60,531 nucleotides of DNA, taken from contig JAGDWZ010000066.1 in the NCBI GenBank assembly GCA_023269915.1, positions 2,435-62,965 of the forward strand, given 5' to 3'. Below the pieces are notes generated by a model. It was not told the DNA's origin. It searched no databases and saw only the letters and a list, made by a program, of their open reading frames with translations. Positions 9,472 through 19,455 of this stretch are shown piece after piece. Made by a program: the position numbers and the translations under genes. Positions within the stretch are counted from its first letter, which is position 1, and every line of letters begins with the position of its first letter. Origin of the DNA: Hydrogenobaculum sp. Lineage in GTDB: Bacteria > Aquificota > Aquificia > Aquificales > Aquificaceae.

Positions 9472-11304
9472 ATGAAATTTGATGTAGTGATAGTAGGGGC
9501 AGGTCATGCGGGTATAGAAGCTGCAATCGCTGCTTCTAAGCTTTGCAACAGTGTTGGGCTTTTCACCATAAACATAGACAACATAGGACAAATGTCTTGC
9601 AACCCTGCCATTGGTGGTATAGCAAAAAGTATTGTAGTAAGAGAAATAGACATACTTGGCGGAGAAATGGCAAAAGCCATAGATGTTACAGGCATTCAGT
9701 TTAAAATGCTAAACAGAAGAAAGGGAGAGGCCGTATGGGCACCAAGAGCTCAAGCAGATAAACTAAAGTACAAAGAATACATGAAAAAAACTTTAATGGG
9801 TATACCAAACATATATCTTATACAGGATGAAGTGATAGATGTATTGGTAAGAAACGATGAGGTAGTAGGTGTAAAAACAAAACTTGGTATAAAATACGAA
9901 TGCAAAGCTGCTGTAGTTACCACTGGTACATTTTTAAATGGAAAGATTTTTATAGGAGATAAAGTATTTTCTGGTGGTAGAGCCTGGGAACCAGCCTCTA
10001 CAAACCTAGACGAATTTTACAAAAGATACGGTTTTGCGATGAAAAGATTTAAAACTGGAACACCGGCAAGGCTTGATAAAAGGACTATAAACTTTGACGA
10101 GCTTGAAAAAGCACCGGGAGATGAACCAGCGCCAAAATTTTCATTGTTTTCAGAACCAAGAGGAAGCTATTGGTTTAATCCTGGTAAAAAACAAATAGAT
10201 TGCTATATCACATATACAAATCCAAAAACCCACGAAATAATAAGAAAAAACTTGCATAGGACAGCCCTTTACGGCGGGCTTATAAAAGGCGTTGGTCCAA
10301 GATACTGTCCGTCTATAGAGGACAAAGTTGTGAAATTTGAATCAAAAGCCCAACATCAAATATTTTTAGAACCCGAGGGAGAAGACACGATAGAGGTATA
10401 CCCAAACGGTCTTTCTACATCCCTACCAGAAGACATACAGCAAGAAATGTATAGAACTATAAAAGGACTTGAAAATGTAGTGCTTATAAGACCGGCTTAC
10501 GCTATTGAGTACGATATAGTAGACCCACTAGAGCTATACCCAACGCTTGAAACCAAAAAGATAAAAGGGTTGTTTCATGCTGGTAACTTCAACGGCACTA
10601 CAGGTTATGAAGAAGCAGCAGGTCAGGGGATATTAGCTGGGATAAACGCAGGCCTTAGAGCAATTGGTAAAGAACCCATAATATTACCAAGGTCCTTAAG
10701 CTACATAGGGCTGATGGCAGAAGACCTCACCACAAAAGAGATAGTAGAACCTTACAGGTTGTTTACTTCAAGGTCAGAGTATAGATTATCAGTAAGACAA
10801 GACAACGCACCTGAAAGACTTCTTGAACTTTCTCATAATCTTGGGCTTTTAAACAAAGAAGATTACAGCTTAGCAAAAGAGCTTTTAAATGGCGTAAAAT
10901 ATTATGTAGATTATTATAAAAGCCAAAAAACTATTGTAAATCTGGGAGAAAATCCAAAGCCTTACACATTGGCCCAAATAATAGCGATAGAGGGTATAGA
11001 AAAAATAAAAGAATTTGGCTTTGATACCCCTCAAAACCCTTATATAAAAGATGAAACGGAAATAATATTAAAATATGAATACTATATAGAGAAAGAGAAA
11101 AAATTAAACGAAAAACTAAGAATGTTTGAACATGTAAAATTACCGCCAGATATGGATTATGAAAATGTAAAAGGCCTTACAAAAGAAGCTATAGAGAAGT
11201 TAAAAAAGCTAAAACCAGCCACCATAGCCCAAGCGAAGAATATAGATGGTATAACACCAGCTTCTATAAGCGCAATACTAATACACATGGGTATTTTAGG
11301 CTAA
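9472..11304 (+). CDS. mnmG: tRNA uridine-5-carboxymethylaminomethyl(34) synthesis enzyme MnmG
   Basis: GAGHAG, MSCNPAIGG, KTGTPAR, GPRYCPSIEDK and GTTGYEEAAGQG motifs. Confidence 0.97.
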   Translation: MKFDVVIVGAGHAGIEAAIAASKLCNSVGLFTINIDNIGQMSCNPAIGGIAKSIVVREIDILGGEMAKAIDVTGIQFKMLNRRKGEAVWAPRAQADKLKYKEYMKKTLMGIPNIYLIQDEVIDVLVRNDEVVGVKTKLGIKYECKAAVVTTGTFLNGKIFIGDKVFSGGRAWEPASTNLDEFYKRYGFAMKRFKTGTPARLDKRTINFDELEKAPGDEPAPKFSLFSEPRGSYWFNPGKKQIDCYITYTNPKTHEIIRKNLHRTALYGGLIKGVGPRYCPSIEDKVVKFESKAQHQIFLEPEGEDTIEVYPNGLSTSLPEDIQQEMYRTIKGLENVVLIRPAYAIEYDIVDPLELYPTLETKKIKGLFHAGNFNGTTGYEEAAGQGILAGINAGLRAIGKEPIILPRSLSYIGLMAEDLTTKEIVEPYRLFTSRSEYRLSVRQDNAPERLLELSHNLGLLNKEDYSLAKELLNGVKYYVDYYKSQKTIVNLGENPKPYTLAQIIAIEGIEKIKEFGFDTPQNPYIKDETEIILKYEYYIEKEKKLNEKLRMFEHVKLPPDMDYENVKGLTKEAIEKLKKLKPATIAQAKNIDGITPASISAILIHMGILG

Positions 11305-11348
11305 TAAATAGCATACAAAAAACATAAAATTAGTTTATAATACATAGG

Positions 11349-12200
11349 ATGAAAAGCAAAGGCTTTAATATATCATTGATAGTACAAAGCTTCATAAATC
11401 TAGAAAAAGTTTATAAAGATATCCTTAAAAATCTTAAACTTCCAAAAGAAGCTTTTGTAGCAAATAAACTTATTATAGATAAAGTAAGAACAGATTTCAA
11501 TATAGCCTTTGAATCAGCTATGAGGCCTTGTAGACATATATCTCAAGTGTTAAATATAAAAACCACAAAGCACTGTCTTTACGAACTATCAGAAGCTCTT
11601 GGATTTCCTTTTGCAAAAGATATGAAGGATTTATCGGAGTTTTACGTAAATTACAGAGATTTAAAAAAAGATATAGACCCAAACTATCTATACGATTTTC
11701 TAAATTCTCATGTAAAACTTTTCAGAGACTACGCAGAACACATAATAAACTATATAAAAACTACCACAAAAAATTATCTACTAATAGATTACGATTTTCT
11801 AAATGAAAAAGCAAAACACATAAAAGATGCCGTTGAAAAGCTAAAATTTGTGTTATCTAAAGACAAAGAAGAATTTTTATCAAAACCTATGTATTTTGAT
11901 AGAGCGAAATATTTTTATCAAGTGGCGTACGATGCTCTATTTGATATATGTAGGCATTTAGCCCCTAAGTTCAAATTTAAAAATCCATCAGACGATTGCT
12001 TGGTAGTGATGGCTCAAGCCAATCTAATAGAAAACCCAAACGTGGCTTACGATATGATGAGACTAAAAAACAAGCTTATAACCACTTGGGATGTTAACCA
12101 CGGGGAATTTTACGAGACTCTTAAAGAGCTTTTGCCGTATTTTGAGGCTTATATTAAAGAGCTATCATCTTCTTTGAAAGAACTTGTGAAAAATGCCTAA
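11349..12200 (+). CDS. Tandem HEPN/DUF86-like domain protein
   Basis: Two similar helical halves (FNIAFESAMRPCRHI / YQVAYDALFDICRHL) resembling DUF86. Confidence 0.6.
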   Translation: MKSKGFNISLIVQSFINLEKVYKDILKNLKLPKEAFVANKLIIDKVRTDFNIAFESAMRPCRHISQVLNIKTTKHCLYELSEALGFPFAKDMKDLSEFYVNYRDLKKDIDPNYLYDFLNSHVKLFRDYAEHIINYIKTTTKNYLLIDYDFLNEKAKHIKDAVEKLKFVLSKDKEEFLSKPMYFDRAKYFYQVAYDALFDICRHLAPKFKFKNPSDDCLVVMAQANLIENPNVAYDMMRLKNKLITTWDVNHGEFYETLKELLPYFEAYIKELSSSLKELVKNA

Positions 12201-12870
12201 GCTAACGCTAGCGATAGACGACAAACAATCTTTAAATATATTAAAAGAATTAAAAGGTTTTCCTGTCGTTGTTAAGATTGGTCCCATTGTATTTTTAGAA
12301 GAGGGTTTTCCTCTGTTAAAAGCCCTAAAACAAGATGGTTTTGAGGTATTTTTAGATTTAAAATTCCATGACATACCAAACACTGTTTTAAAAACCGTAG
12401 AAGTGTGTGCAAAACATGATATAGATTATCTTACTGTACATCTGTTAGGCGGAGAGAATATGTTGAGCCCGCTAAAAGATATAAAAGGGAAAACAAATAT
12501 AATAGGAGTTACAATACTGACCTCTCACGACGAAAGCTACATGGAGTTTTTACATTCAAGCTATTCTTTGGAAGATATGGTGCTTCATCTTGCTAGCGTA
12601 GCTCACAAATGCAACTTAAGTGGGGTAGTTTGTTCTAGTTTTGAAGCTTTTAACATAAAAAACAAGTTCCCTAACCTAAAGACTGTAATACCGGGTATAA
12701 GGCTTAACAAAGATGAAAAAGACGACCAAAAAAGAGTAGCCACAATAGAAGAAGTCTTACAAGTAGCAGATTTAATAGTTATGGGAAGAGCTATATTTAA
12801 AAGCGAAAATCCTAAACAAACTACTTTAGATATACTTAGTAAAATAGGAGGCACTTATGGAAACTGTTAG
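12193..12870 (+). CDS. pyrF: Orotidine 5'-phosphate decarboxylase
   Basis: FLDLKFHDIPNT, VTILTS, PGIR and GRAI motifs. Confidence 0.96.
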   Translation: MPKLTLAIDDKQSLNILKELKGFPVVVKIGPIVFLEEGFPLLKALKQDGFEVFLDLKFHDIPNTVLKTVEVCAKHDIDYLTVHLLGGENMLSPLKDIKGKTNIIGVTILTSHDESYMEFLHSSYSLEDMVLHLASVAHKCNLSGVVCSSFEAFNIKNKFPNLKTVIPGIRLNKDEKDDQKRVATIEEVLQVADLIVMGRAIFKSENPKQTTLDILSKIGGTYGNC

Positions 12871-14725
12871 CATATTTATAGACGGAAAAGAATATAAGGC
12901 TCCAAAAGGAGAAAACCTACTTAAATTCATGTTATCAAATGGCATAGAAATCCCTTATTTTTGTTATCTTGATAGATTACCTCCTCTTGGGTCTTGTAGG
13001 CTTTGCATAGTGCTTGTAGAAAATCAAAACAGGGTAATACCATCTTGTACGCTTCAAATCCAAGAAGGTTTAAGGGTAAGCACTCAAGCAAAAGCTGTTA
13101 AAGAAAATCAAGCGTATTTATTGCAAGCTTATATGACAAGACATCCACTCGATTGTCCAATATGTGATAAAGCCGGTGAATGCGACTTGCAAAACTACGG
13201 GGCTATCTACGGTCCTCAGACTCAAATAGTACCAGTATCTGCTTTAGAAAAGCACAGAGAAGAACATGATTGGCAGAGTGATTATCTAGAGTATTATTCG
13301 AATAGATGCGTGGTTTGCTACAGATGCACAAGAGTGTGTGATTATATAAACAAAGCAAAAGCTTTGTATGTAGAAGAAAGAGGATTTGATTCTAACATAG
13401 TGCCCACTGTAAGACCCATTGATACATCTTCTTGCGATATGTGTGGCATGTGTGTAGACGTATGTCCAGTAGGTGCCATAATATCAAAGCCTTTTAAGTT
13501 TTGGTCTAGAAGCTGGCTTTTGCAGAATCAAGAAACCGTTTGTTTAAATTGTCCAACGGGATGTACTGTAGAGCTTGAATTTGGTGTAGGAGATTGGAAG
13601 TCAAAAGCTCAAGTATATAGAACAAAGCCTGGCAAAGATTTAGATAGCTGTGCAAAAATATTTTTTGGATACGACATGCTAAATTACAACAGGATTAAAA
13701 ATCCTATTTCAAATGAGCACAAATTCCCATTCTCAGAACCCATTGAAATAATAAACAAAAATCTAAAAGAAAAACCAACAGCGATAATAATATCTCCTTT
13801 TATGACAAACGAAGAAATATCCATTGCCCTAGACATAGCCAAGAAATCTAGCTCCTATGTAAGCTCTGTTATTACCGTTGACCTAATGCCTTTTTTAAAA
13901 GCTTATAAAAAACCAATAGCACATCTTGATGATATAGTTTCTAAAAATAAGTTTATATTTGTAGGTGATGATATAAGCTCTGTAGCACCTGTTATAAGCT
14001 ATAGAATAAACGGTAAAGTTTACAAAACATCAAACAAAAAGTCTAGAGATGACAAATTTAAACCCACTTATATTGGTTTAGAAGATGTAAAGAAAGTGGT
14101 AGACAAAGATACCGCTATATTGGTGGACACCTATAGCTTTAGATATGAAGATGCCAAAAACCTTGGAGAAATGCTTTCTAATATAGATGTCCCCGTTATG
14201 CCTATACCGCCTCAGACAAACGCTGTTGGACTTTACGAAGCTTTAAAAGAAATACCCGTAACAGATATAGGTCTTCTATTAGATATGATAAAAAAAGGTG
14301 AGATAAAATCGGTTATTTCATTTGGAGAAGACTTGTTTGACTACTTCAGCAAAGATTTTGTTTTTGAGGCTTTTAAAAACGTAAAGCTAACTCTTATAAC
14401 GCCTTTCAAAAGTGAATTTTCTCTATTGGCAGATGCATGCATACCCATGAAATTGACTGGGGAGAAAGATGGCACAATTCATACTTTAAGAGGAGTACAA
14501 AAAGTTGCAAAAGTATTGCCTTTTGAAATAAACGACGATATATTGCTTGAACTTCCAAAGCTTGCAGGTATTGGAAATTCTTTCTCTTGTAAAGAAGGCA
14601 TAGTTAAAACAGATTATAAAAAAGATATATCTGTTTACAACAGTTCTTGGATAATGGAATATAGCCCGTTACTTCAAAATCTTGACAAGAAAAACAAAGA
14701 GACAACGGTAGAGATAAATGTCTGA
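12857..14725 (+). CDS. nuoG: NADH-quinone oxidoreductase subunit G-like Fe-S protein
   Basis: IPYFCY...GSCRLC, HPLDCPICDKAGECDLQ, CVVCYRC, CDMCGMCVDVCP and CLNCPTGC motifs. Confidence 0.88.
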   Translation: METVSIFIDGKEYKAPKGENLLKFMLSNGIEIPYFCYLDRLPPLGSCRLCIVLVENQNRVIPSCTLQIQEGLRVSTQAKAVKENQAYLLQAYMTRHPLDCPICDKAGECDLQNYGAIYGPQTQIVPVSALEKHREEHDWQSDYLEYYSNRCVVCYRCTRVCDYINKAKALYVEERGFDSNIVPTVRPIDTSSCDMCGMCVDVCPVGAIISKPFKFWSRSWLLQNQETVCLNCPTGCTVELEFGVGDWKSKAQVYRTKPGKDLDSCAKIFFGYDMLNYNRIKNPISNEHKFPFSEPIEIINKNLKEKPTAIIISPFMTNEEISIALDIAKKSSSYVSSVITVDLMPFLKAYKKPIAHLDDIVSKNKFIFVGDDISSVAPVISYRINGKVYKTSNKKSRDDKFKPTYIGLEDVKKVVDKDTAILVDTYSFRYEDAKNLGEMLSNIDVPVMPIPPQTNAVGLYEALKEIPVTDIGLLLDMIKKGEIKSVISFGEDLFDYFSKDFVFEAFKNVKLTLITPFKSEFSLLADACIPMKLTGEKDGTIHTLRGVQKVAKVLPFEINDDILLELPKLAGIGNSFSCKEGIVKTDYKKDISVYNSSWIMEYSPLLQNLDKKNKETTVEINV

Positions 14726-15677
14726 AGTAGTTTTTTATTTAAAAGATAAGTTAAAAGGTGAGCTTGTCCAAACACACAGTTCTTTCGTAATACTTACAGA
14801 TAAATTTGTTTATAAGATAAAAAAGCCTGTAAATTTTGGTTTTTTAGATTATTCAACACTAGAAAAAAGAAAGCTTTATACTTACAAAGAACTTGAGATA
14901 AACAAAAGACTTTGTGCTGACATTTACATAGAGGTACTTCCCGTATCAAAAACAGACGATGGATATGAGTTTTCAGACAAAAATATAGTAGAATACGCTT
15001 TAAAAATGAAAAGAGTAAAAGATGAGCTTTTTATGATAAATAGATTAAATGTTCTAAAAGATGAGGATCTTGAAAATGTAGCAAAAGTGGTAGCAAATTT
15101 TCATATAAAAACCGATAAAGTCTATGATTTTGACTTATATGAGCAGATGAAATTTAACACGGACGAGAACTTTGAGCAAACAAAAGAGTTTATAGAAAAG
15201 ACGATATCGCAAGAAGACTATAACTTTATAAAGGATAAAGTAAACAATTTTTATAAAAACCACAAAGACATCTTTGTAAGAAGGCAAAAAGAAGGTTATG
15301 TAGTGGATGGGCATGGAGACATAAGGTTAGAACACGTAGTTATGGGAGAAAATATATGTATAATGGACGCCATAGAATTTAACGATAGATTTAGAATTCA
15401 GGACGAAATAAACGATATGTGTTTTCTATCTATGGAATTAGATTTTAAAGGATATAGGCATTTCTCAAGATTATATGAAGAAGCTTATAAAAATATCATA
15501 AAAGATGAAGATTTTAATATATTGCTAGATTTTTACAAATGTTATAGGGCTTATGTAAGAGGCAAAGTAACGTCATTTTTGCTAAACGACCCACACATAG
15601 AAAACAAAGAAGAGGTCTTGGAAAAGGCTAGAAAATTTTTCAAACTATCAAAAGAGTATGCAAATTCAATTGTCTAA
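14718..15677 (+). CDS. Aminoglycoside phosphotransferase-like kinase-fold protein
   Basis: QTHSS, YKIKKPVNFGFLDYSTLEKR, HGDIRLEH and DAIEFNDRFR motifs. Confidence 0.75.
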   Translation: MSEVVFYLKDKLKGELVQTHSSFVILTDKFVYKIKKPVNFGFLDYSTLEKRKLYTYKELEINKRLCADIYIEVLPVSKTDDGYEFSDKNIVEYALKMKRVKDELFMINRLNVLKDEDLENVAKVVANFHIKTDKVYDFDLYEQMKFNTDENFEQTKEFIEKTISQEDYNFIKDKVNNFYKNHKDIFVRRQKEGYVVDGHGDIRLEHVVMGENICIMDAIEFNDRFRIQDEINDMCFLSMELDFKGYRHFSRLYEEAYKNIIKDEDFNILLDFYKCYRAYVRGKVTSFLLNDPHIENKEEVLEKARKFFKLSKEYANSIV

Positions 15678-16821
15678 CGTAAGATACTGGCTTTTATGGT
15701 CTTTGGCTTTTACATTTTTTCTATCAATTACAATTTTTGAAGTTTTTGTCGTAATATATCTTTTGGTACTTTTATACGATGAAATTAAAAACAGAAATCT
15801 AAAGGGTATTTTGACAGCACCTATATTTACATACATAATTCCAGGTCTTATTTCCAGTATATTATTTAATATATCGAAAATAAACCACGCCATTGAAGAG
15901 CTTGTTTTTATGCTTTTATACTTAGAGAAAAACTATCTAAATATAGACTACATAGCTTTTGCAAAGAAACTAAACTTATATCTATCGTTTTTGGGATTAC
16001 CGCTTTCTTTGATAGCTTTTTATAATTTTAAAACCAAAGGTTATGAGATGATATTGTTTGGAGGAGCTTTTGATTCTGGGTTTATATTTTCTATGATAGC
16101 TTTCTCTAGTTTGGGGCTTTTTCTATATAAAAAAGGTTCAAAAAGATTTTTATTCTTAGGACTATTTTTTTTGTATGCTTTTATGGTGGTGTTAAGCACA
16201 AAAAGATCTGATTTACTTGGATTTTTAGCGGGGTTAAGCGTTTTCATAAGCGCTTCTTTGGGAAGTTATTCTAAAAAGATTATTCTTTCTATAGCAGCGG
16301 TGTCTATTCTTATATTGTCTGTGGGCGGGTTTTATGTTTTTAGAAAAGACCCGAGATTTGATGTAATTGTTAAAATCATAAAACACGAAAAAATCACTCA
16401 AAAAGAGTTAAATACTGTTTCAAGCTTAAGATATAAAATAATGATACACGCTTTTAGAATTATAGAAAACGATATAAAGGATAAAAATATCCCTGCGATT
16501 CTTATAGGGCATGGTGTAAGAAGCGGTTTAAAGCTAGACCCTTCCCTTGGACTTGAAAAGTTTGAATCTTTTGAAGCGATATCTGAGTATATAGAAAAAG
16601 GTCTTATCGGTCTTATAGGGCTTGTTTGGTTTTATTGGAGAGTTTTGAAGTTTAGCTTTGGTTTAAAAGCCATAAAACCAGAGGATTTTTTGTTTGTAAG
16701 TTTTGTCTCTACTATGGTTTATCAGCTTTTTGGGTCTTTGTTTACATTTTTTTGGAGTCTTTATCTTCCTTTGATTTTATTGCTTTTTGGTATTGCGGAA
16801 AACTATTATGAAAAACGCTAA
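15658..16821 (+). CDS. O-antigen ligase/polymerase family membrane protein
   Basis: Multi-TM; STKRS, SLRY, LIGHG and EKGLIG pattern typical of Wzy_C. Confidence 0.7.
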   Translation: MQIQLSNVRYWLLWSLAFTFFLSITIFEVFVVIYLLVLLYDEIKNRNLKGILTAPIFTYIIPGLISSILFNISKINHAIEELVFMLLYLEKNYLNIDYIAFAKKLNLYLSFLGLPLSLIAFYNFKTKGYEMILFGGAFDSGFIFSMIAFSSLGLFLYKKGSKRFLFLGLFFLYAFMVVLSTKRSDLLGFLAGLSVFISASLGSYSKKIILSIAAVSILILSVGGFYVFRKDPRFDVIVKIIKHEKITQKELNTVSSLRYKIMIHAFRIIENDIKDKNIPAILIGHGVRSGLKLDPSLGLEKFESFEAISEYIEKGLIGLIGLVWFYWRVLKFSFGLKAIKPEDFLFVSFVSTMVYQLFGSLFTFFWSLYLPLILLLFGIAENYYEKR

Positions 16822-17611
16822 TATCCATATAGGGATAAGTGGTTATTATTACAAAGATGCTATAGGCAGATTCTACCCAAACGGCATAAGAACTTCAGAG
16901 TTTATACTTTACTATAAAAAATTTTTTGACAGCGTAGAGCTAAATTTTACCTTTTACAGATACCCCCAAAAACATCATATAAAATCTATACTTAAAAAAG
17001 CACCAACCTTGAGATATTCTATTAAACTACATAGAAGCTTCACGCACTTCAAAAATTACGATAAAGAAAGCTTAGATAAATTTATAGACAGCATAGAGCC
17101 CATCGTATCATCAAATCAGTTTATAGCTATACTTATTCAGTTTCCACCTTCTATGCACTACAAAGAAGAGACGATAGAGCATATCAACAACCTTATAAAA
17201 CATTTAAAACCTTTGCCTATTGCCATAGAGTTTAGAAGCAAATCTTTTAATAGAAAAGATGTTTTTGAGCTTTTAAAAGAAAACAACGTAAGTATAGTAA
17301 ATGTAGATGCTCCAAAGAAAGAAGACGCTTGGGTAGGACCATGGGTTAGCACAGCAGATTTCAACTATATAAGAATCCATGGAAAAGATGAAGAAAACCC
17401 TTACAAATATGTATATAGTATAGATGAGCTAAAAAAACTAAAAACAAAGATAAGAAAGATAGAAGACAGTAAACCTACTTACATATTTTTTAACAACACC
17501 TTTGGAGCTGGAGCTTTTTTAAATGCTTTAGAAATGAAGCGATTATATGGATTTGATGTAGAAATACCAGAGAAGTTAGAATCTGTTAGAAACCAAAATA
17601 TATGGGTATAG
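16808..17611 (+). CDS. DUF72 family protein
   Basis: IGISGY, VELNFTFY, QFPPS, EFR, YIRIHG and FFNN motifs. Confidence 0.9.
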   Translation: MKNANIHIGISGYYYKDAIGRFYPNGIRTSEFILYYKKFFDSVELNFTFYRYPQKHHIKSILKKAPTLRYSIKLHRSFTHFKNYDKESLDKFIDSIEPIVSSNQFIAILIQFPPSMHYKEETIEHINNLIKHLKPLPIAIEFRSKSFNRKDVFELLKENNVSIVNVDAPKKEDAWVGPWVSTADFNYIRIHGKDEENPYKYVYSIDELKKLKTKIRKIEDSKPTYIFFNNTFGAGAFLNALEMKRLYGFDVEIPEKLESVRNQNIWV

Positions 17612-18171
17612 CGTTTTTTGGTGGTAGCTTTGACCCGGTGCATATAGGACACATTCTTGTGGCAAGGGATGTTTTGGAGCTTTGCGACATAGATAAAATC
17701 TATTTTATGCCTGCTTTTATATCTCCTTTTAAACCTCCTTCCGTAGCTTCTCCTAAAGATCGCCTCAAGATGCTAAAGTTAGCTTTAAAAGATGAGCCTT
17801 GGGCTTTTATAGAAGACCTAGAACTAAAAAAAGAAGAGGTTTCTTATACTTACAAGAGTGCTTTGATATTAAAAGAAAAATACAAGCAAACACCTACGTT
17901 TATAATAGGCTATGATGCATATTTGACACTGCACAATTGGTACAAATATGAAGAGCTAGTAAAGATAGTAAAGTTTATAGTGGTAAGAAGGGGTAAAAAT
18001 AACATCATTTTAAACAAAGACGTCGATGCTATATTTTGCGATACAAGAACAATAGATATATCTTCTACAGAAATAAGAAATCGCATAAAAGAGGGTAAAA
18101 GCATAAAACATATGGTGCCAGATAATGTCTTAAAATATATACACAAATGGGGGTTGTATGCCAAAAGTTGA
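17602..18171 (+). CDS. nadD: Nicotinate-nucleotide adenylyltransferase
   Basis: GGSFDPVHIGH and ISSTEIR motifs. Confidence 0.95.
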   Translation: MGIAFFGGSFDPVHIGHILVARDVLELCDIDKIYFMPAFISPFKPPSVASPKDRLKMLKLALKDEPWAFIEDLELKKEEVSYTYKSALILKEKYKQTPTFIIGYDAYLTLHNWYKYEELVKIVKFIVVRRGKNNIILNKDVDAIFCDTRTIDISSTEIRNRIKEGKSIKHMVPDNVLKYIHKWGLYAKS

Positions 18172-19420
18172 AAACTACGTAAGTTTAGATATATTTTCTT
18201 CAAATATCCCGGCCTTTGATTACGAAGATAAAGTAGATTTAGTGTATAGATTTTTTAAGGAAAAGCCCTTCTATAAATACATAGTAGTATTAAAAAATCA
18301 GATTCCAATAGGTATAGTAAAAAAAGATGACATAGCTTTTGCCAATAGAAATCTAAGCATAGGAGAGTTATCGAAGCCGCTCCCAAAAGTAAAAAATACC
18401 AACGTAAATCCTCAAAAGCTTTCGGACGTTATAGAAATACTTAGGCTTCAAGTGTCAGATTTGTTTTTGGTAAACAATAAAAATCAATATATAGGAGTTA
18501 TAAATTACGATACCATAATTCATTACTTGACTAAATTTCCGGATGTCTCACAAGATAAAATATCAAAAATGTTAGGGAAAGATTACTACGCTCTGGTCAT
18601 AGGTTTTCAAGATTTTAAAAAATTAAGGGAAGAACTCGGGTATAAAATAGATTCCTTATTTAAACTGATAAACGATTTACTAAAAAGCATATCTAAAGAA
18701 TGCTGTACTTACATAGAAAAACAAGATAGCGAAATATATAGTGTCCACAAAACAAAAGTTACTAAAGATTTAATAATGCAGTTTTTTGACGAATTCTACA
18801 AAGAATACAGTGTTTTATTCCAGAATCATGAAACACCTATCATATATGTAATTGTTTTGGATCTTTCCAACATAAAAACTTATGAAGCTTTTACAAAAAG
18901 AATAGATATTCTGAAAGTATATATAAAAAACATGAAGAATACTATAGCTATATTCGATGGATTGCAACCACTTCTTGCCACATATATATCTAACAAAGAT
19001 TTTCCCACTGTCCAGCTTATAAAAGAAAAAATCTTCTCTTCTATAGAAGATATCGCAAACGTCTTGGTAAAATCAGAAAAAAATTTGTGGGAGTTTATAT
19101 TGTACGATATGTTTAAAAAATATCCTTTCTACGATCTAATATATATAATGAACGAAAACGGTATTCAGATATCAAACAATATAATAAATCCAAACGTAAA
19201 TAAAACCGTAGCATCAGGCAAAAAAGGAGCCAACAGAGCAGAGGAAGTTTACTTCAAAAAAGCATCTGAGACGCCATATATCACAGAAGTTTATCTTTCA
19301 AAGGCTACTGATGATTTTTGTATTACTATATCAAAAGCCTTTAAATATCAAAACAAAACCTATGTTGTAGCCGGAGATATAGCTTATTCTGATATAGGGA
19401 AAATAAGCCTACAAAGTTAA
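18158..19420 (+). CDS. CBS-pair protein with degenerate GGDEF-like middle and C-terminal PDC/Cache-like domain
   Basis: CBS motifs (PIGIV, YIGVI); DFKKLREELGY; C-terminal GANRAEEVYF...PYITEVYLSKAT...CITIS...VVAGDI. Confidence 0.6.
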   Translation: MPKVENYVSLDIFSSNIPAFDYEDKVDLVYRFFKEKPFYKYIVVLKNQIPIGIVKKDDIAFANRNLSIGELSKPLPKVKNTNVNPQKLSDVIEILRLQVSDLFLVNNKNQYIGVINYDTIIHYLTKFPDVSQDKISKMLGKDYYALVIGFQDFKKLREELGYKIDSLFKLINDLLKSISKECCTYIEKQDSEIYSVHKTKVTKDLIMQFFDEFYKEYSVLFQNHETPIIYVIVLDLSNIKTYEAFTKRIDILKVYIKNMKNTIAIFDGLQPLLATYISNKDFPTVQLIKEKIFSSIEDIANVLVKSEKNLWEFILYDMFKKYPFYDLIYIMNENGIQISNNIINPNVNKTVASGKKGANRAEEVYFKKASETPYITEVYLSKATDDFCITISKAFKYQNKTYVVAGDIAYSDIGKISLQS

Positions 19421-19455
19421 TATTTTTAGGTTAAAATGATAAGTAAGGAGGCAGC

